Shown: positions 1 through 9,962, numbered from the stretch's first letter. The stretch: 64,000 nucleotides of DNA from Longimicrobiales bacterium (GCA_965249725.1 CBDFMQ010000002.1:224001-288000), one strand, 5' to 3'. Notes: generated from the letters alone by a model not told the origin. Numbers and translations: made by a program.

Positions 1-2
1 GT

Positions 3-686
3 CTGACCGACGGGTTTGGTCGGCGGCGATCATCGGATGACGAAGACGATGAGGACGAGGCGGGCAACACGGACCCCGGGAACGACGACGGTGACGCCGA
101 CCTCGAGGACGAAGAGGGTCGCCACACGGCCGGCATCATCGCCGTGGACGAGGCGGGCAACATGGCCGTAGTGCTTCACTCCATCAACAGCTCGATCTAC
201 GGAGAAACGGGACTCTTCGTCGGCGGAATCACGATCCCCGATGCCGCGGCCTTCCAGCAGGATCTCGTTATGCGCGTCGGGCCTGGACAACGGGTTCCGG
301 AGTGGGATACACCGACCATCGTGCTGAAGGATGGCCGGCCCTATCTAGGCAGTACGACCATCGGGGGAGGGTACCACGAGGTGAACATCCAGAACCTCAT
401 GAACGTGCTCGCCTTCGACATGGAGCCCGCCGAGGCGGCCGTCCAGCCCCGCATTCGAAAGAAGTGGCCCACGTTCGATCCGCTGCGTCAGCCCTACGGC
501 GCCCCGGGAGAGTACTCGCTGGAGATTCTGGAGGCCGTGCGTGATATGGGCATGGATATCGTGCCCACACCGGCCGGTAACCCGGCCTCATTCGGCGGCG
601 CGTGGGTGGGTGTGCGGATCGATCCGGAGACCGGTGTTCTGCAGGGAGCGCGGACGGGCGGCACGGGTGCTATCGTAGGGAACTAG
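3..686 (+). CDS. ggt: Gamma-glutamyltransferase (Ntn-hydrolase) family protein, 5'-truncated by window edge
   Basis: Frame is open from position 3 and reads ...DEEGRH-TAGIIAVDEAGN, the small-subunit N-terminal Thr region. It continues with PTIVLKDGRP..GGG and a C-terminal IDPETGVLQGA typical of GGT. Confidence 0.8.
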   Translation: MTDGFGRRRSSDDEDDEDEAGNTDPGNDDGDADLEDEEGRHTAGIIAVDEAGNMAVVLHSINSSIYGETGLFVGGITIPDAAAFQQDLVMRVGPGQRVPEWDTPTIVLKDGRPYLGSTTIGGGYHEVNIQNLMNVLAFDMEPAEAAVQPRIRKKWPTFDPLRQPYGAPGEYSLEILEAVRDMGMDIVPTPAGNPASFGGAWVGVRIDPETGVLQGARTGGTGAIVGN

Positions 687-728
687 CCGGCGCGCTGGAT
701 CCGCGAACTCGCGTGACCCAGTTCAGTC

Positions 729-1379
729 CTAGTCGCCGAGCAGTGCTAACAGCGAGGCACGGGCTTCGGGCACGTCGAAGTCATACGGGCCTTGGCCCCC
801 CCGGTAGTGGATTCGACCCTCGTGTAGGATGTACATCCTCTCGGGCCACGCCGAAAACGCCTCGCACGCCGCATCGTCCATGCCGTCTACCAGGGTCGGG
901 ATGGTCAGGTCGAGCCGTTCGGCGCATAGCTGGGCGGTCTCCCATCGCTCCCGGAACGCCTTGTGCTGTTCGATCCGGATTCCTGCCGCCTCGTTCGAGT
1001 CCGTCTGCCAACCGTCTACGGCGTGAGCCTCTGCGATGTAGACGATGAAGCAGCGCGCGCGATCACTCAGCACCTCATAGAGGCTCTGCAAGGCGCCAGC
1101 CTGGCGCCGGAACGGTGGTCACGTGTAGCTCCCGAAGATGAGCATCACTGGCCGGTCGTATTCGGCAGCGATGTCCACGGTGTCAGAGCCGGCGGAGTCC
1201 TGATCCGTCAGGACGGTCAGCTCGAGCTCCGGCACGGGGTCACCGACCTCGAGGCGATCGGGCCGACGGTACGCCACCAACGTGCACCGGATGGTCTCCC
1301 GCCTCGCCCCGTCGGCCGCCTCGGTGAGGGACGACTCGTCCCTTTGGTCCACGAGTTCTCGGTCTGCCGGTTCGTTCAT
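729..1379 (-). CDS. Iodothyronine deiodinase-like thioredoxin-fold selenoprotein (Sec at UGA 1121-1119)
   Basis: ORFs 1119..1514 and 729..1091 are in the same frame. Read-through gives RPVMLIFGSYT-U-PPFRRQAGALQSL...YIAEAHAVDGW...PERMYIL...GGQGPY, matching deiodinase motifs FGSxTUPPF, YIxEAHxxDGW and PERLY. ATG at 1379 chosen as start. Confidence 0.88.
1092..1118 (-). promoter_or_regulatory. Putative bacterial SECIS element
   Basis: Minus strand: UGA-CCACCGUUCC-GGCGCC-AGGCU-GGCGCC. A GC-rich stem with a G-containing apical loop starts 10 nt after the in-frame UGA. Confidence 0.75.
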
Positions 1380-1477
1380 GCTCTGCACGACGTCTGAAGG
1401 GTGTAGCCGGGTTCGGGGCACGCGCTCGCTGCTTTTCCCGCTCACGATATCGAGTACTATAGGTCCCGGGTCAACTC

Positions 1478-2617
1478 GTGGCACCGGAGAGAGTATTGAG
1501 CGAATCGGCAACAACGGGCCTTCCCGAGGGCCGCCTGGTGTCCTTGGACGTCTTCCGAGGGCTCACGATGTTCGTGCTGATCGCCGAGAGCGCCCTCGTA
1601 TACGAGGCCCTCATGAGCGTGGCAACGCCGGGCTCGTTCCTGGAGGGGATCGTCCTCCAGTTCAATCATCATCCCTGGCACGGACTGCGCTTCTGGGACC
1701 TGGTCCAGCCCTTCTTCATGTTCATCGTGGGCGTCGCCATGGCGTTCTCGGTCAATCGGAGACGACACGCGGGTGACACATGGGGTCACACCTTTCGGCA
1801 CATCGCGGTCCGTTGTGTGATCCTCCTCGGTCTGGGAGTCTCGCTCCATATCGGGTATTCGCGGGCCATGGTTTGGGAGCTCTGGAACGTCCTCAGCCAG
1901 CTCTCGGTCACCATCATGGTGGCCTATCTCTTGTTCAATCTTCCGTTCCGCACGCAGCTAGCGATCTCGTTCGGCCTCATTCTGCTGAGCGAGATTCTGT
2001 ACCGGACCTTCCCGGTATCCGGTTTCGATCAGCCCTTCGTCCAGGGCCAGAACTTCGGTGCCTGGATGGACACTGTTCTCATGGGCAAGATCAACCCGAG
2101 TGGTTGGGTGGCGATCAACGCCCTGCCAACCTCGGCGCACACCATCTGGGGGGTGCTGGCGGGAAAGCTCTTGATGAGCGACCGTGCCGGGTCGGAAAAG
2201 CTGAAGTACCTCGTGATCGGGGGGCTGATCGGGCTGGGGGTCGAATATGGGCTGGACTGGACGGGAATCACTCCGATCATCAAGCGCATCTGCACCAGTT
2301 CGTTCGTGATTGTTTCGGGCGGATGGTGCTTGTTGACCCTGGCCCTCTTCTATTGGCTGCTGGATCTGAAGGGGCGGCGATGGGGGACGAAGCTGTTCGT
2401 CATCGTCGGAATGAATCCGATCTTCATCTACATGTTTGCAGAGACGCTGGGGGAGCAGTGGTTCAACGATTTCGTCGCGGTCTTCACGCACGGAATTCTG
2501 ACCTGGGTGGGTGCAGGAGTCGGCACCATGGAGGTGGTCACCGCCTTCGTCGTGCTCGGGCTCATGAGCTATCTGTGCCACTGGTTATACCAGCGACACA
2601 TCTTCATCAGGATCTGA
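1478..2617 (+). CDS. HGSNAT/DUF5009-like membrane acyltransferase
   Basis: RLVSLDVFRG, DLVQPFFMFIVG, PIIKRICTSSF and GMNPIFIY motifs; multiple TM helices. Confidence 0.85.
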   Translation: MAPERVLSESATTGLPEGRLVSLDVFRGLTMFVLIAESALVYEALMSVATPGSFLEGIVLQFNHHPWHGLRFWDLVQPFFMFIVGVAMAFSVNRRRHAGDTWGHTFRHIAVRCVILLGLGVSLHIGYSRAMVWELWNVLSQLSVTIMVAYLLFNLPFRTQLAISFGLILLSEILYRTFPVSGFDQPFVQGQNFGAWMDTVLMGKINPSGWVAINALPTSAHTIWGVLAGKLLMSDRAGSEKLKYLVIGGLIGLGVEYGLDWTGITPIIKRICTSSFVIVSGGWCLLTLALFYWLLDLKGRRWGTKLFVIVGMNPIFIYMFAETLGEQWFNDFVAVFTHGILTWVGAGVGTMEVVTAFVVLGLMSYLCHWLYQRHIFIRI

Positions 2618-2624
2618 CCCACCC

Positions 2625-4034
2625 TTGAGCGAACGGAAAACCAAGACCTTCGATCGGTCCCTCGTTGAAGGGCCGATCCGCGGTGCGGTGTGGAAGCTGG
2701 CTTGGCCCACGATGCTCCAGAACATCATCGGGGGCATGCAGGGCATCGTGGATCACGCCATGGTCGGCAACTACGTCGGCTATACCGGGAATGCCGCCAT
2801 CGGCGTCTCGTGGCAGATCTTCATCGTCGTCATGGTGTTCATCAGCTCACTCTTCACCGGGATGGGTGTGCTGGTGGCCCGCTTCACCGGGGCGAACGAG
2901 CCCGACAAGGTGGACCGGACCGTCTACCAGGCGTTTCTGACCTCGGTCTTCCTGGTCGTAGGGATCCTGGCTCCGATCGGCTACGTCGCTGCGCCGTCGC
3001 TTCTGGGGATGGTGAACGCCGCGCCGGAGGTGCAGATCGAAGCACTGCCGTACCTGCGGATCCTCTTCGTCTTCTCCTTCGGCATGCTGATGTTCTTCAT
3101 GCTGGGCGGGGCGCTCCGATCGGCGGGCGACGCGCAGACGCCTCTTCGTCTTGGCGTCGCGATGACCGTCCTGAACATCGTCCTCAACGTGATCCTGATC
3201 CGCGGCCTGGGCCCCATTCCGGCGTTCGGAACGAAGGGCGCCGCGATGGGCACGGTCATCGCCGGCGGCGTGGTCAGCGTCTACGCGTTGATCCAACTCT
3301 TCTCGGGCAAGTGGGTGGTGCACTTCCACAAAGGCATGAGCCTCAAGCCCGATTGGGTGATCATCCGTCAGCTCTTCCGCTTCGGACTGCCCACCGGAAT
3401 CCAGGGCATCGCCATGAACGTGGGCGGGGTCATTCTCCTCGGGTTTGTCGGATCGCTGGCGATGAGTGCGCAGGCTCAGGCGGCGTACGTGGTGAGCTAC
3501 ACTCAGCTCTTCTCGTTCATCACCTGGACATCGGTCGGCATCATGGGTGCCGCCGCCGCCGTCGCGGGCCAGAACCTGGGTGCGGGCCGACCCGACCGCA
3601 CGAGCAAAGCAGTTCACGTGGCGGCAGGCTTCGGTCTCATGCTCGCGGCGGGGATCGGCTCGACGTTCCTCGTGATTCCGACCCAGCTCCTGGGGATCTT
3701 CGGGATGGACGACCCCGTGGTCCAGGCGTTGGGCGTCCAGCTCCTGCGCTACCTCGCCGTCTCCGGGCTCTTCATCACCGTCGCCCTCGCGTTCACGGGA
3801 GGGCTACAAGGCACCGGTGATACCAAGAGTCCACTCTACATCTCGATCGTCTCCCAGATCGTGGTGCCTCTGGGAATATGCTTCACGATTCAGACCCTCT
3901 CGACGCTGGAGCCGGGTGACATCTGGCTCGCGATCGTGCTCGGGCACCTGACGCGGGCGACGTTGAGCGCCGTCGTGTTCAAGCGTGAAAAGTGGAAGCA
4001 AATCGAGGTAGAGATCGGGCCGGCGCAGGCCTAG
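2625..4034 (+). CDS. MATE family efflux transporter
   Basis: LAWP N-terminus, LRSAGDAQTP, LNVILI, GAAMGT, GQNLGAG and LQGTGDTKSP motifs; about 12 TM. Confidence 0.92.
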   Translation: MSERKTKTFDRSLVEGPIRGAVWKLAWPTMLQNIIGGMQGIVDHAMVGNYVGYTGNAAIGVSWQIFIVVMVFISSLFTGMGVLVARFTGANEPDKVDRTVYQAFLTSVFLVVGILAPIGYVAAPSLLGMVNAAPEVQIEALPYLRILFVFSFGMLMFFMLGGALRSAGDAQTPLRLGVAMTVLNIVLNVILIRGLGPIPAFGTKGAAMGTVIAGGVVSVYALIQLFSGKWVVHFHKGMSLKPDWVIIRQLFRFGLPTGIQGIAMNVGGVILLGFVGSLAMSAQAQAAYVVSYTQLFSFITWTSVGIMGAAAAVAGQNLGAGRPDRTSKAVHVAAGFGLMLAAGIGSTFLVIPTQLLGIFGMDDPVVQALGVQLLRYLAVSGLFITVALAFTGGLQGTGDTKSPLYISIVSQIVVPLGICFTIQTLSTLEPGDIWLAIVLGHLTRATLSAVVFKREKWKQIEVEIGPAQA

Positions 4035-4177
4035 AGGTCGGCTACCGGGACCACGCGAGCACCAAGCGGAAACCCCACCCACTGCATCTACGTAGGGCGG
4101 GACGAATTCGTCACTCGACGCCTACCCGGATCATCCCGGGGCCGAGGGATGTTCGTTACCCGAGTACAGGGACCGCC

Positions 4178-6610
4178 ATGGACTCGCTCCTGAAGGATTT
4201 CCGCTTCGCCGCCCGGATGCTCGTCAAGCAGCCGGGGCTCGCGTTCATCGCGATCGTCACGTTCTCGCTCGGCATCGGCCTCACCACGACGGTGTTCAGC
4301 ATCGTCAACGGGGCGCTCTACAAAGGACTTCCGTTCGAGGAGTCGGAGCGTATCGCTTGGGTGCACCGTAACAAGCCGTCCGAGAACATCGATAATATGG
4401 GCGTCACGGTTCCGGACTTCTTCGACTGGCAGGCTCGGCAGACCGCGTTCGAGAGCATGGCGGCCTTCAGCGGTGACGCGGTCAACCTGGCGGAGGGAGA
4501 GGGGCGCCCCGAGCGGTACCTCGGTGCACGGTTCACATCAGACATGCTCGACGTCCTGCAAGTTCAGCCCGTCGTGGGACGCGGCTTCCGTGCGGGCGAG
4601 GATCGCCCCGGCGCGGAGCCGGTCATTATTCTCGGTTACGACCTGTGGCAGGACCGTTTCGGGGGATCACCTGACATCCTTGGAGAGACGGTGCGCGCCA
4701 ACGGGATCGCGCGGACCGTGATCGGGGTCATGCCCGAGAAGTTCGGATTCCCCGAGAATCAGCAGGTGTGGCTGCCGCTGGAGCTCGACCCGACCCTGAC
4801 GGATCGGTCGGAGAACGCCGTCCGCTACACGGTGGTGGGAAGGCTCAATCCAAGTACGTCCATCGATGACGCGAAAGTCCAGATGGCGTCCATCGCGGCT
4901 CGCCTGGAGCAGGAGTACCCGGAGAGCAACGAGGGCATCGGAGTGGAGGTCAAGGCGTTCACGGAGCGCTTCCTAGGGCCTGAAATCTACGGACTGCTCT
5001 ATACCATGCTTGGTGCGGCGCTAGGAGTGCTGATCATCGCCTGCGTGAACGTGACCAATCTGCTCATGGCGCGTGCGTCGGTCCGGAGCCGAGAGGTGAC
5101 CGTGCGGGCCGCCCTGGGCGCGAGCCGCCGTCGCCTGATTCAGCAGCTGCTCAGCGAGGTGATGCTGCTCGCGTTGATCGGCGGTTCGATCGGCATCGGG
5201 ATGGCCTACCTCGGTGTGGGGTGGTTCACGAGATCGCTGGCATCGAATCCTCCGCCCTTCTGGATGTCGTTCGAGCTCGACCTCCCCGTCCTGCTCTTCG
5301 TGGTCTCGGTGACCACGCTGTCCGCTCTCGTTTCCGGCTTGGCTCCGGCGCTGCAGGCGTCCAAGGCGGACATCGCGGAAACGCTGAAGGACGAAGGACG
5401 CGGGTCTTCGAGTCTGAGTTCCGGCCGCTTCACGGGTAGCTTGGTCGTCGCCGAGGTCGCGGTTTCGTGTGGTCTGTTGATCGCCGCCGGGTTCATGATC
5501 AGCAGTGTGGCGAAGTTGAAGACCGTGGATATGCCGTTCGCCACGGATAACGTCTTCACGGCACGCATCAACCTGCCGGTGGTAGAGTACCCCGATACCT
5601 TGAGCCGGCTGCAGTTCTACTCGGAGCTTCTGCCGAAGTTGGCGGCTATCCCCGGGGTTGAAGCGGCAACACTCTCCGATGGGCTGCCCGCCTCGGGGAA
5701 TGGCAGTCGGGTATTCCATGTCGAAGGCGAGTCCTATGCCGCCGATACGGACTATCCGTCCGCCCGCGAGGGGATCGTGACGCCCGGGTACTTCCAGACA
5801 TTCGAAGTGGAGATCCTCCAGGGTCGCGCATTCAGCGTGAACGATCACTCGGAGGCTCAACCGGTGGCGATCGTCAACCGTTCGTTCCTCGAGAGGTTCT
5901 TTCCCGGCGGTGACCCCCTGGGGAGGAGAATCCGGATGGATCGCGAGGATACGGACGCCGAGTGGCTGACCGTGATCGGCGTGGTGCCGGACCTGTACAT
6001 GCAGGGCTTTGGAAACAACGATTCCAGCCCGGCCGGCTTCTACATTCCCATTGCGCAGAGTGGCGTAGCCAATTTCGTGAGCATCGCTGCCTACACTCAG
6101 GGTCCGCCGATGGCCAGCACCGCAGCGGTCCGTAAGGCCGTCATCGCCGTCGACCCCAACCTGCCCATCTTCGACGTGTTGGATATGCCGGGGGTGGTGG
6201 ATCGGTTCACGTGGTTCTACCAGGTGTTCGGCAAGCTCTTCATGGCGTTCGGCGCCGCAGCGCTCTTTTTGGCCTCGGTGGGACTCTACGGGGTGATGTC
6301 GTTCGCCGTGGCTCGCCGCACGCAGGAGATGGGCATCCGCATGGCCATGGGAGCCCAAGGGCGAGAGCTCGTACGGCTCATGATGAAGAAGGGAATCGGG
6401 CAGTTGGCCATCGGCTTGGTTGTCGGGTTGGGTATTGCCGCAGCGGCGGCGGGGCCGATTCAGATCGTGCTGTTCGAGGTCAACGCGCGTGATCCGATCA
6501 TCTTCGGAGCGGTTGTGGCCACTCTGGCGGCGGTCGGAATGCTCGCGAGCTTCATTCCGGCACGGCGCGTGACGACCGTGGATCCGGTTACCGCACTGAC
6601 GCCTCAGTAG
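4178..6610 (+). CDS. Duplicated MacB/FtsX-type ABC permease (ADOP-like), with no adjacent ATPase
   Basis: MDSLLKDFRFAARML..PG start, IACVNVTNLL, RAALGASR, GLYGVMSFAV, EMGIRMAMGA and PARR..VDP..AL end. Start moved to ATG 4178. Confidence 0.9.
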   Translation: MDSLLKDFRFAARMLVKQPGLAFIAIVTFSLGIGLTTTVFSIVNGALYKGLPFEESERIAWVHRNKPSENIDNMGVTVPDFFDWQARQTAFESMAAFSGDAVNLAEGEGRPERYLGARFTSDMLDVLQVQPVVGRGFRAGEDRPGAEPVIILGYDLWQDRFGGSPDILGETVRANGIARTVIGVMPEKFGFPENQQVWLPLELDPTLTDRSENAVRYTVVGRLNPSTSIDDAKVQMASIAARLEQEYPESNEGIGVEVKAFTERFLGPEIYGLLYTMLGAALGVLIIACVNVTNLLMARASVRSREVTVRAALGASRRRLIQQLLSEVMLLALIGGSIGIGMAYLGVGWFTRSLASNPPPFWMSFELDLPVLLFVVSVTTLSALVSGLAPALQASKADIAETLKDEGRGSSSLSSGRFTGSLVVAEVAVSCGLLIAAGFMISSVAKLKTVDMPFATDNVFTARINLPVVEYPDTLSRLQFYSELLPKLAAIPGVEAATLSDGLPASGNGSRVFHVEGESYAADTDYPSAREGIVTPGYFQTFEVEILQGRAFSVNDHSEAQPVAIVNRSFLERFFPGGDPLGRRIRMDREDTDAEWLTVIGVVPDLYMQGFGNNDSSPAGFYIPIAQSGVANFVSIAAYTQGPPMASTAAVRKAVIAVDPNLPIFDVLDMPGVVDRFTWFYQVFGKLFMAFGAAALFLASVGLYGVMSFAVARRTQEMGIRMAMGAQGRELVRLMMKKGIGQLAIGLVVGLGIAAAAAGPIQIVLFEVNARDPIIFGAVVATLAAVGMLASFIPARRVTTVDPVTALTPQ

Positions 6611-6619
6611 AGGAGAGCC

Positions 6620-6869
6620 ATGCGGGCCGATCCCCGAACGGATCGTCCGCTGGGGCCCCTTCACCGCGAACTCGGGTCGGTATGAGGTGAGTGGCGATCA
6701 GGTCACTCGGCGTGCGTACGTCGCGAAAAACCCGGGTGTGATGTCGGGCTTTCCGGAAAACGACATCGTGTACCAGTTCCACATCGCGGACGGCGGGAGT
6801 GTGCTCCATCTGATGTACGGAAACGGGACCACGTTGACCCTCCGACAGGTGGACGGCTCCGACATGTAG
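6620..6869 (+). pseudogene. Probable remnant of a small lipocalin-like beta-barrel protein gene
   Basis: RBS (AGGAGAG) plus ATG at 6620 opens only about 21 codons. A different frame reads WGPFTANSGRYEVSGDQVTRRAYVAKNP...TLTLRQVD*, with an upstream stop at 6597 and no start before the conserved-looking part. Confidence 0.4.
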
Positions 6870-7018
6870 GTCGGCGCCGTGTAGGGTTTCTGGTCATCGA
6901 AGGAGGGGGCGCGGCGCACCGGAATGCCGACTCGTCGCTTGCACGGAGGTCAAATCCTCCGGAGGTTGGGCAATGATCCGTCCCGCGACGGCAGCGTGCC
7001 CTTGATCCGGAGGTAGCT

Positions 7019-8383
7019 ATGCGAGCCAGCTTGTCAGCAGCCACGATGTCACTCTTGGGTGTCCTCACATTCCTCACCCCCGCCGAGACCTCCGCCCAGT
7101 ACGCTCCGGGCGAGCAGGGTAGCGACAATGTTCATATCGTCGCGCACGTGCCCCTGGCGGGCGCCCTACAGGTCGCCGACATCGAGGTCGAGCAGGATCT
7201 CGAGCGACCGTACGCCTACGTCTCCCGACGCACGACTCCGGCCGGCTTCCAGGTCATCGATTTCTCGGAGCCCGACAAGGCGGAGGTCATCTACGAGTGG
7301 TTCATCGAGAACGCCGAGCTCCACCGTGGAGACGGGCTGGACGGGAAGTACTTCAAGCTGAACGACCGCTACTACTACGCGCAGTCCATGATGTTCAGGC
7401 AGGCCGGGCCGGACCGTGATCTCGGCGCGGTCGTGTTCGACGTGACCGGACTGCCGGATCCCTCGGCGGTCCGTGAGGTGGGCCGCATCCGTGTGCCCGA
7501 CACCCCGGGCGGATTCCACAACCTCTTCGCGTACAAACACTCGACCGGACGGGTGCTGCTCTTCGCCACTACCGAGTCGCCCGAGTCGGTCCCTCACGGG
7601 GCCAACGTGTACGACATGGAGTTGTTCCTTCAGGGTGATCCCGACTACGGGTTGGTCTCACGCATTCCGCTCCCCGCGCCGCGTGGGGCGGGGCGCGGGT
7701 ATCATGATGCGTATGTGGCGTACGACGTGGCGACCGGTCAGGACAAATTCTACGGCGGCGGCCCGGAGACCACCTACCTGGGCGGGAACTACGTCTATGA
7801 CGTCACCGACATCGCGAACCCTCAACTCCTCGTCACTCAGCTGGCTGTCCACGGGCAGCAGTCGGGAGGTCACACTTGGGTGGCCACTCCCGATCACCGT
7901 TATGCCATCAGCGAGATGACGTCGCTGGCCCACGCCCCCCTACGGTTCTACGACTTGAAGCCGGCACTCGACGGCGACGTACCGGTCATCCGCGCGCCTA
8001 TCGGAGAGTGGACCCCCGACTGGAGAAAGTCGTCGCACAACATGGAGATCCGTTGGCCTTATGTGTTCGTGTCGGCCTACGAGGACGGGCTGCAGATCAT
8101 CAACATGCGGGACCCGACCAACCCCCGTACGGTGGGCTTCTACGACACCTACGACGAGGTCGTCCCTTATGTCGGGGGCGGCGTCGCGAACGGGGTGTTC
8201 GGGGTCGACGTACGCAACGCCGATGGTCTGATCGTGGTGAGCGACATGCACAGCGGCTTCTGGGCCTTCCGCATGGACGGCTTCAACGGCTGGAACGGAA
8301 ACCACTGGGGGATGCCGAACATCTCCAGCGTGCAGGACTGGGACAATGGGCCGCCGAGAGTGAGAGGCCTGGCGTTCGAGTAG
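7019..8383 (+). CDS. Secreted LVIVD-repeat-like beta-propeller protein (paralog 1)
   Basis: Signal peptide, repeated YVYDVTD / LQIINMRDPTNP units, and His motifs GGFHN, GYHD, GHT, SHN. Homologous to 37765..39090 and 39180..40526. Confidence 0.8.
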   Translation: MRASLSAATMSLLGVLTFLTPAETSAQYAPGEQGSDNVHIVAHVPLAGALQVADIEVEQDLERPYAYVSRRTTPAGFQVIDFSEPDKAEVIYEWFIENAELHRGDGLDGKYFKLNDRYYYAQSMMFRQAGPDRDLGAVVFDVTGLPDPSAVREVGRIRVPDTPGGFHNLFAYKHSTGRVLLFATTESPESVPHGANVYDMELFLQGDPDYGLVSRIPLPAPRGAGRGYHDAYVAYDVATGQDKFYGGGPETTYLGGNYVYDVTDIANPQLLVTQLAVHGQQSGGHTWVATPDHRYAISEMTSLAHAPLRFYDLKPALDGDVPVIRAPIGEWTPDWRKSSHNMEIRWPYVFVSAYEDGLQIINMRDPTNPRTVGFYDTYDEVVPYVGGGVANGVFGVDVRNADGLIVVSDMHSGFWAFRMDGFNGWNGNHWGMPNISSVQDWDNGPPRVRGLAFE

Positions 8384-8437
8384 GGAGGGGCCAGACGCAT
8401 AGGGAGATCCGCTCCCGGCTCCAGGGGCTCCCGGCGA

Positions 8438-9187
8438 CTACGCCGGGGGCCCTTCGCCGTTCGGACCCACCACCAATCGCTTCGCCAACGCACCGCTCTC
8501 CAGCAGTACGGGCCCTTGGGAGCGGAGGGCGCCCCGTAACCGCTGCCGCCACGAAGTCCGCTGGATCAGGACCAGTTGGATGTCAGGCTCGATCCCGTCC
8601 ACGACCACGAAGTGGATGTCGCCCAACTCCGTGGGGCGGGGTACCCGGTAGGTCTGTCCTTCCCACTCGAAGTCGATCGCTTCGAGGCTCTCGAACTCCT
8701 CCGACGTGAACACCCGTTCGACGTACACTTCGTCTTCCACTCGATAGACGCCCTCCGCCACGGGCTCACCCCACTGGAAGTACCAGGGGTCGAAGGGCTC
8801 GTCGCGCTCGCGCTTGAACGACTCGTCCATGGCATAGTCCATGGCTTCGAGCGCGTCCTCGTCGGCGAGTGACTCCAGATGGTGTTGAAGCTCGTGCGTG
8901 AGCGTCTCCCACAGCTCCTCCTCCCAGTCGAAGTCGGGGTCATCCCCGGCCATCTTCAGGAACGAGCCATAGTAGAGCACCACGCGTGAGCGGGTCGTGT
9001 CGGGGCTCTGCCAATCGGAGATGTGCCCCTGGGTGAGGCATTCGCCCAGGGTGACGACGCCCGGTAGCTCGGGGTGGGCCTCCGTCGCTTCCACGGTCGT
9101 CACGCCGTCGACCCCTTCACGGTACACAGGGGGAATACTCTGGAAGGCCTCCTGGGCCAGGCGGGAGAAGTCGTCGAAGGTCATCAC
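8438..9187 (-). CDS. Zincin-like metallopeptidase (minimal zincin domain plus C-terminal extension)
   Basis: F..LAQEAFQSIP start, VVLYYGSF and ETLTHELQHH (HExxH). Confidence 0.75.
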   Translation of the reverse strand: MMTFDDFSRLAQEAFQSIPPVYREGVDGVTTVEATEAHPELPGVVTLGECLTQGHISDWQSPDTTRSRVVLYYGSFLKMAGDDPDFDWEEELWETLTHELQHHLESLADEDALEAMDYAMDESFKRERDEPFDPWYFQWGEPVAEGVYRVEDEVYVERVFTSEEFESLEAIDFEWEGQTYRVPRPTELGDIHFVVVDGIEPDIQLVLIQRTSWRQRLRGALRSQGPVLLESGALAKRLVVGPNGEGPPA

Positions 9188-9233
9188 GTGATCAGGTTGA
9201 CTGAGGGGGGGCGCAGCGTCAATTACTCAGATC

Positions 9234-9962
9234 ATGACCAAGAGCGACACCGGACACACAACAGCCCCCCTCATTGGGCTGACCACTTACCACCGGAACG
9301 GCGATCACAAGTTCGACCTTCCAGCAGAGTACGTGGATGCCGTACGGCGTGCAGGCGGAATCCCCGTATTGCTACCGCCCGGGGAGTCGCGCTGGGAAGA
9401 CGTGCTTCGACGCCTGGATGGAGTGATCCTCACCGGCGGCGGTGACATCTCACCGGAGACCTACGGCGGGAGCGACCATCCCAAGCTCTACATGGTCGAC
9501 GACGAGCGGGACGCCAGCGAACTCACGCTGGCTCGCAGGGCGGTGGACGCGGGGCTTCCGACTCTGGGCATCTGCAGGGGCACCCAGGTGCTCAACGTGG
9601 CACTGGGCGGCACGCTGGTGGAGCATCTTCCCGATGTGATGGGAGACGAGGTGGCCCACCGGACTCCACCTCGAGATCCGATTCACCATCCCGTGGCGGT
9701 CGAACCGGATTCGAAGCTCGCGGACGCGGTCGGAGAGCTGAACTTCGAGTGCGCGTCCTGGCACCATCAGGGCCTGAAGGACGTGGCGGACGGACTGCGG
9801 GTTGTGGCACACGCCCCGGACGGGACCATCGAGGCGGTAGAACTGCCGAGCCATCCCTGGCTCGTGGCAGTGCAGTGGCATCCGGAGCTGACGGCTGCGG
9901 ACGATCCGATTCAGCAGAGGCTGTTTGGGGCGTTGGCGGAGGCTGCGAGGAGGGAAGAATGA
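9234..9962 (+). CDS. Gamma-glutamyl-amide hydrolase (PuuD-like, peptidase C26)
   Basis: LDGVILTGGGDI, LGICRG (nucleophile Cys), HHQ, DGTIEAVE and VQWHPE triad motifs. Confidence 0.9.
   Translation: MTKSDTGHTTAPLIGLTTYHRNGDHKFDLPAEYVDAVRRAGGIPVLLPPGESRWEDVLRRLDGVILTGGGDISPETYGGSDHPKLYMVDDERDASELTLARRAVDAGLPTLGICRGTQVLNVALGGTLVEHLPDVMGDEVAHRTPPRDPIHHPVAVEPDSKLADAVGELNFECASWHHQGLKDVADGLRVVAHAPDGTIEAVELPSHPWLVAVQWHPELTAADDPIQQRLFGALAEAARREE

Noticed and set aside
5021..6664. Long antisense and alternate-frame ORFs (e.g. 547 aa here, also 20527..21984, 11966..13330, 36188..37423)
   Set aside because: Shadow ORFs of GC-rich genes, Arg/Pro/Gly/His-rich and with no recognisable motifs.
6880..7018. 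Riboswitch in the leader of LVIVD paralog 1
   Set aside because: Only a short hairpin (CGGAGG...CCTCCG) is visible and no known aptamer consensus was recognised; an Rfam/Infernal scan would settle it.
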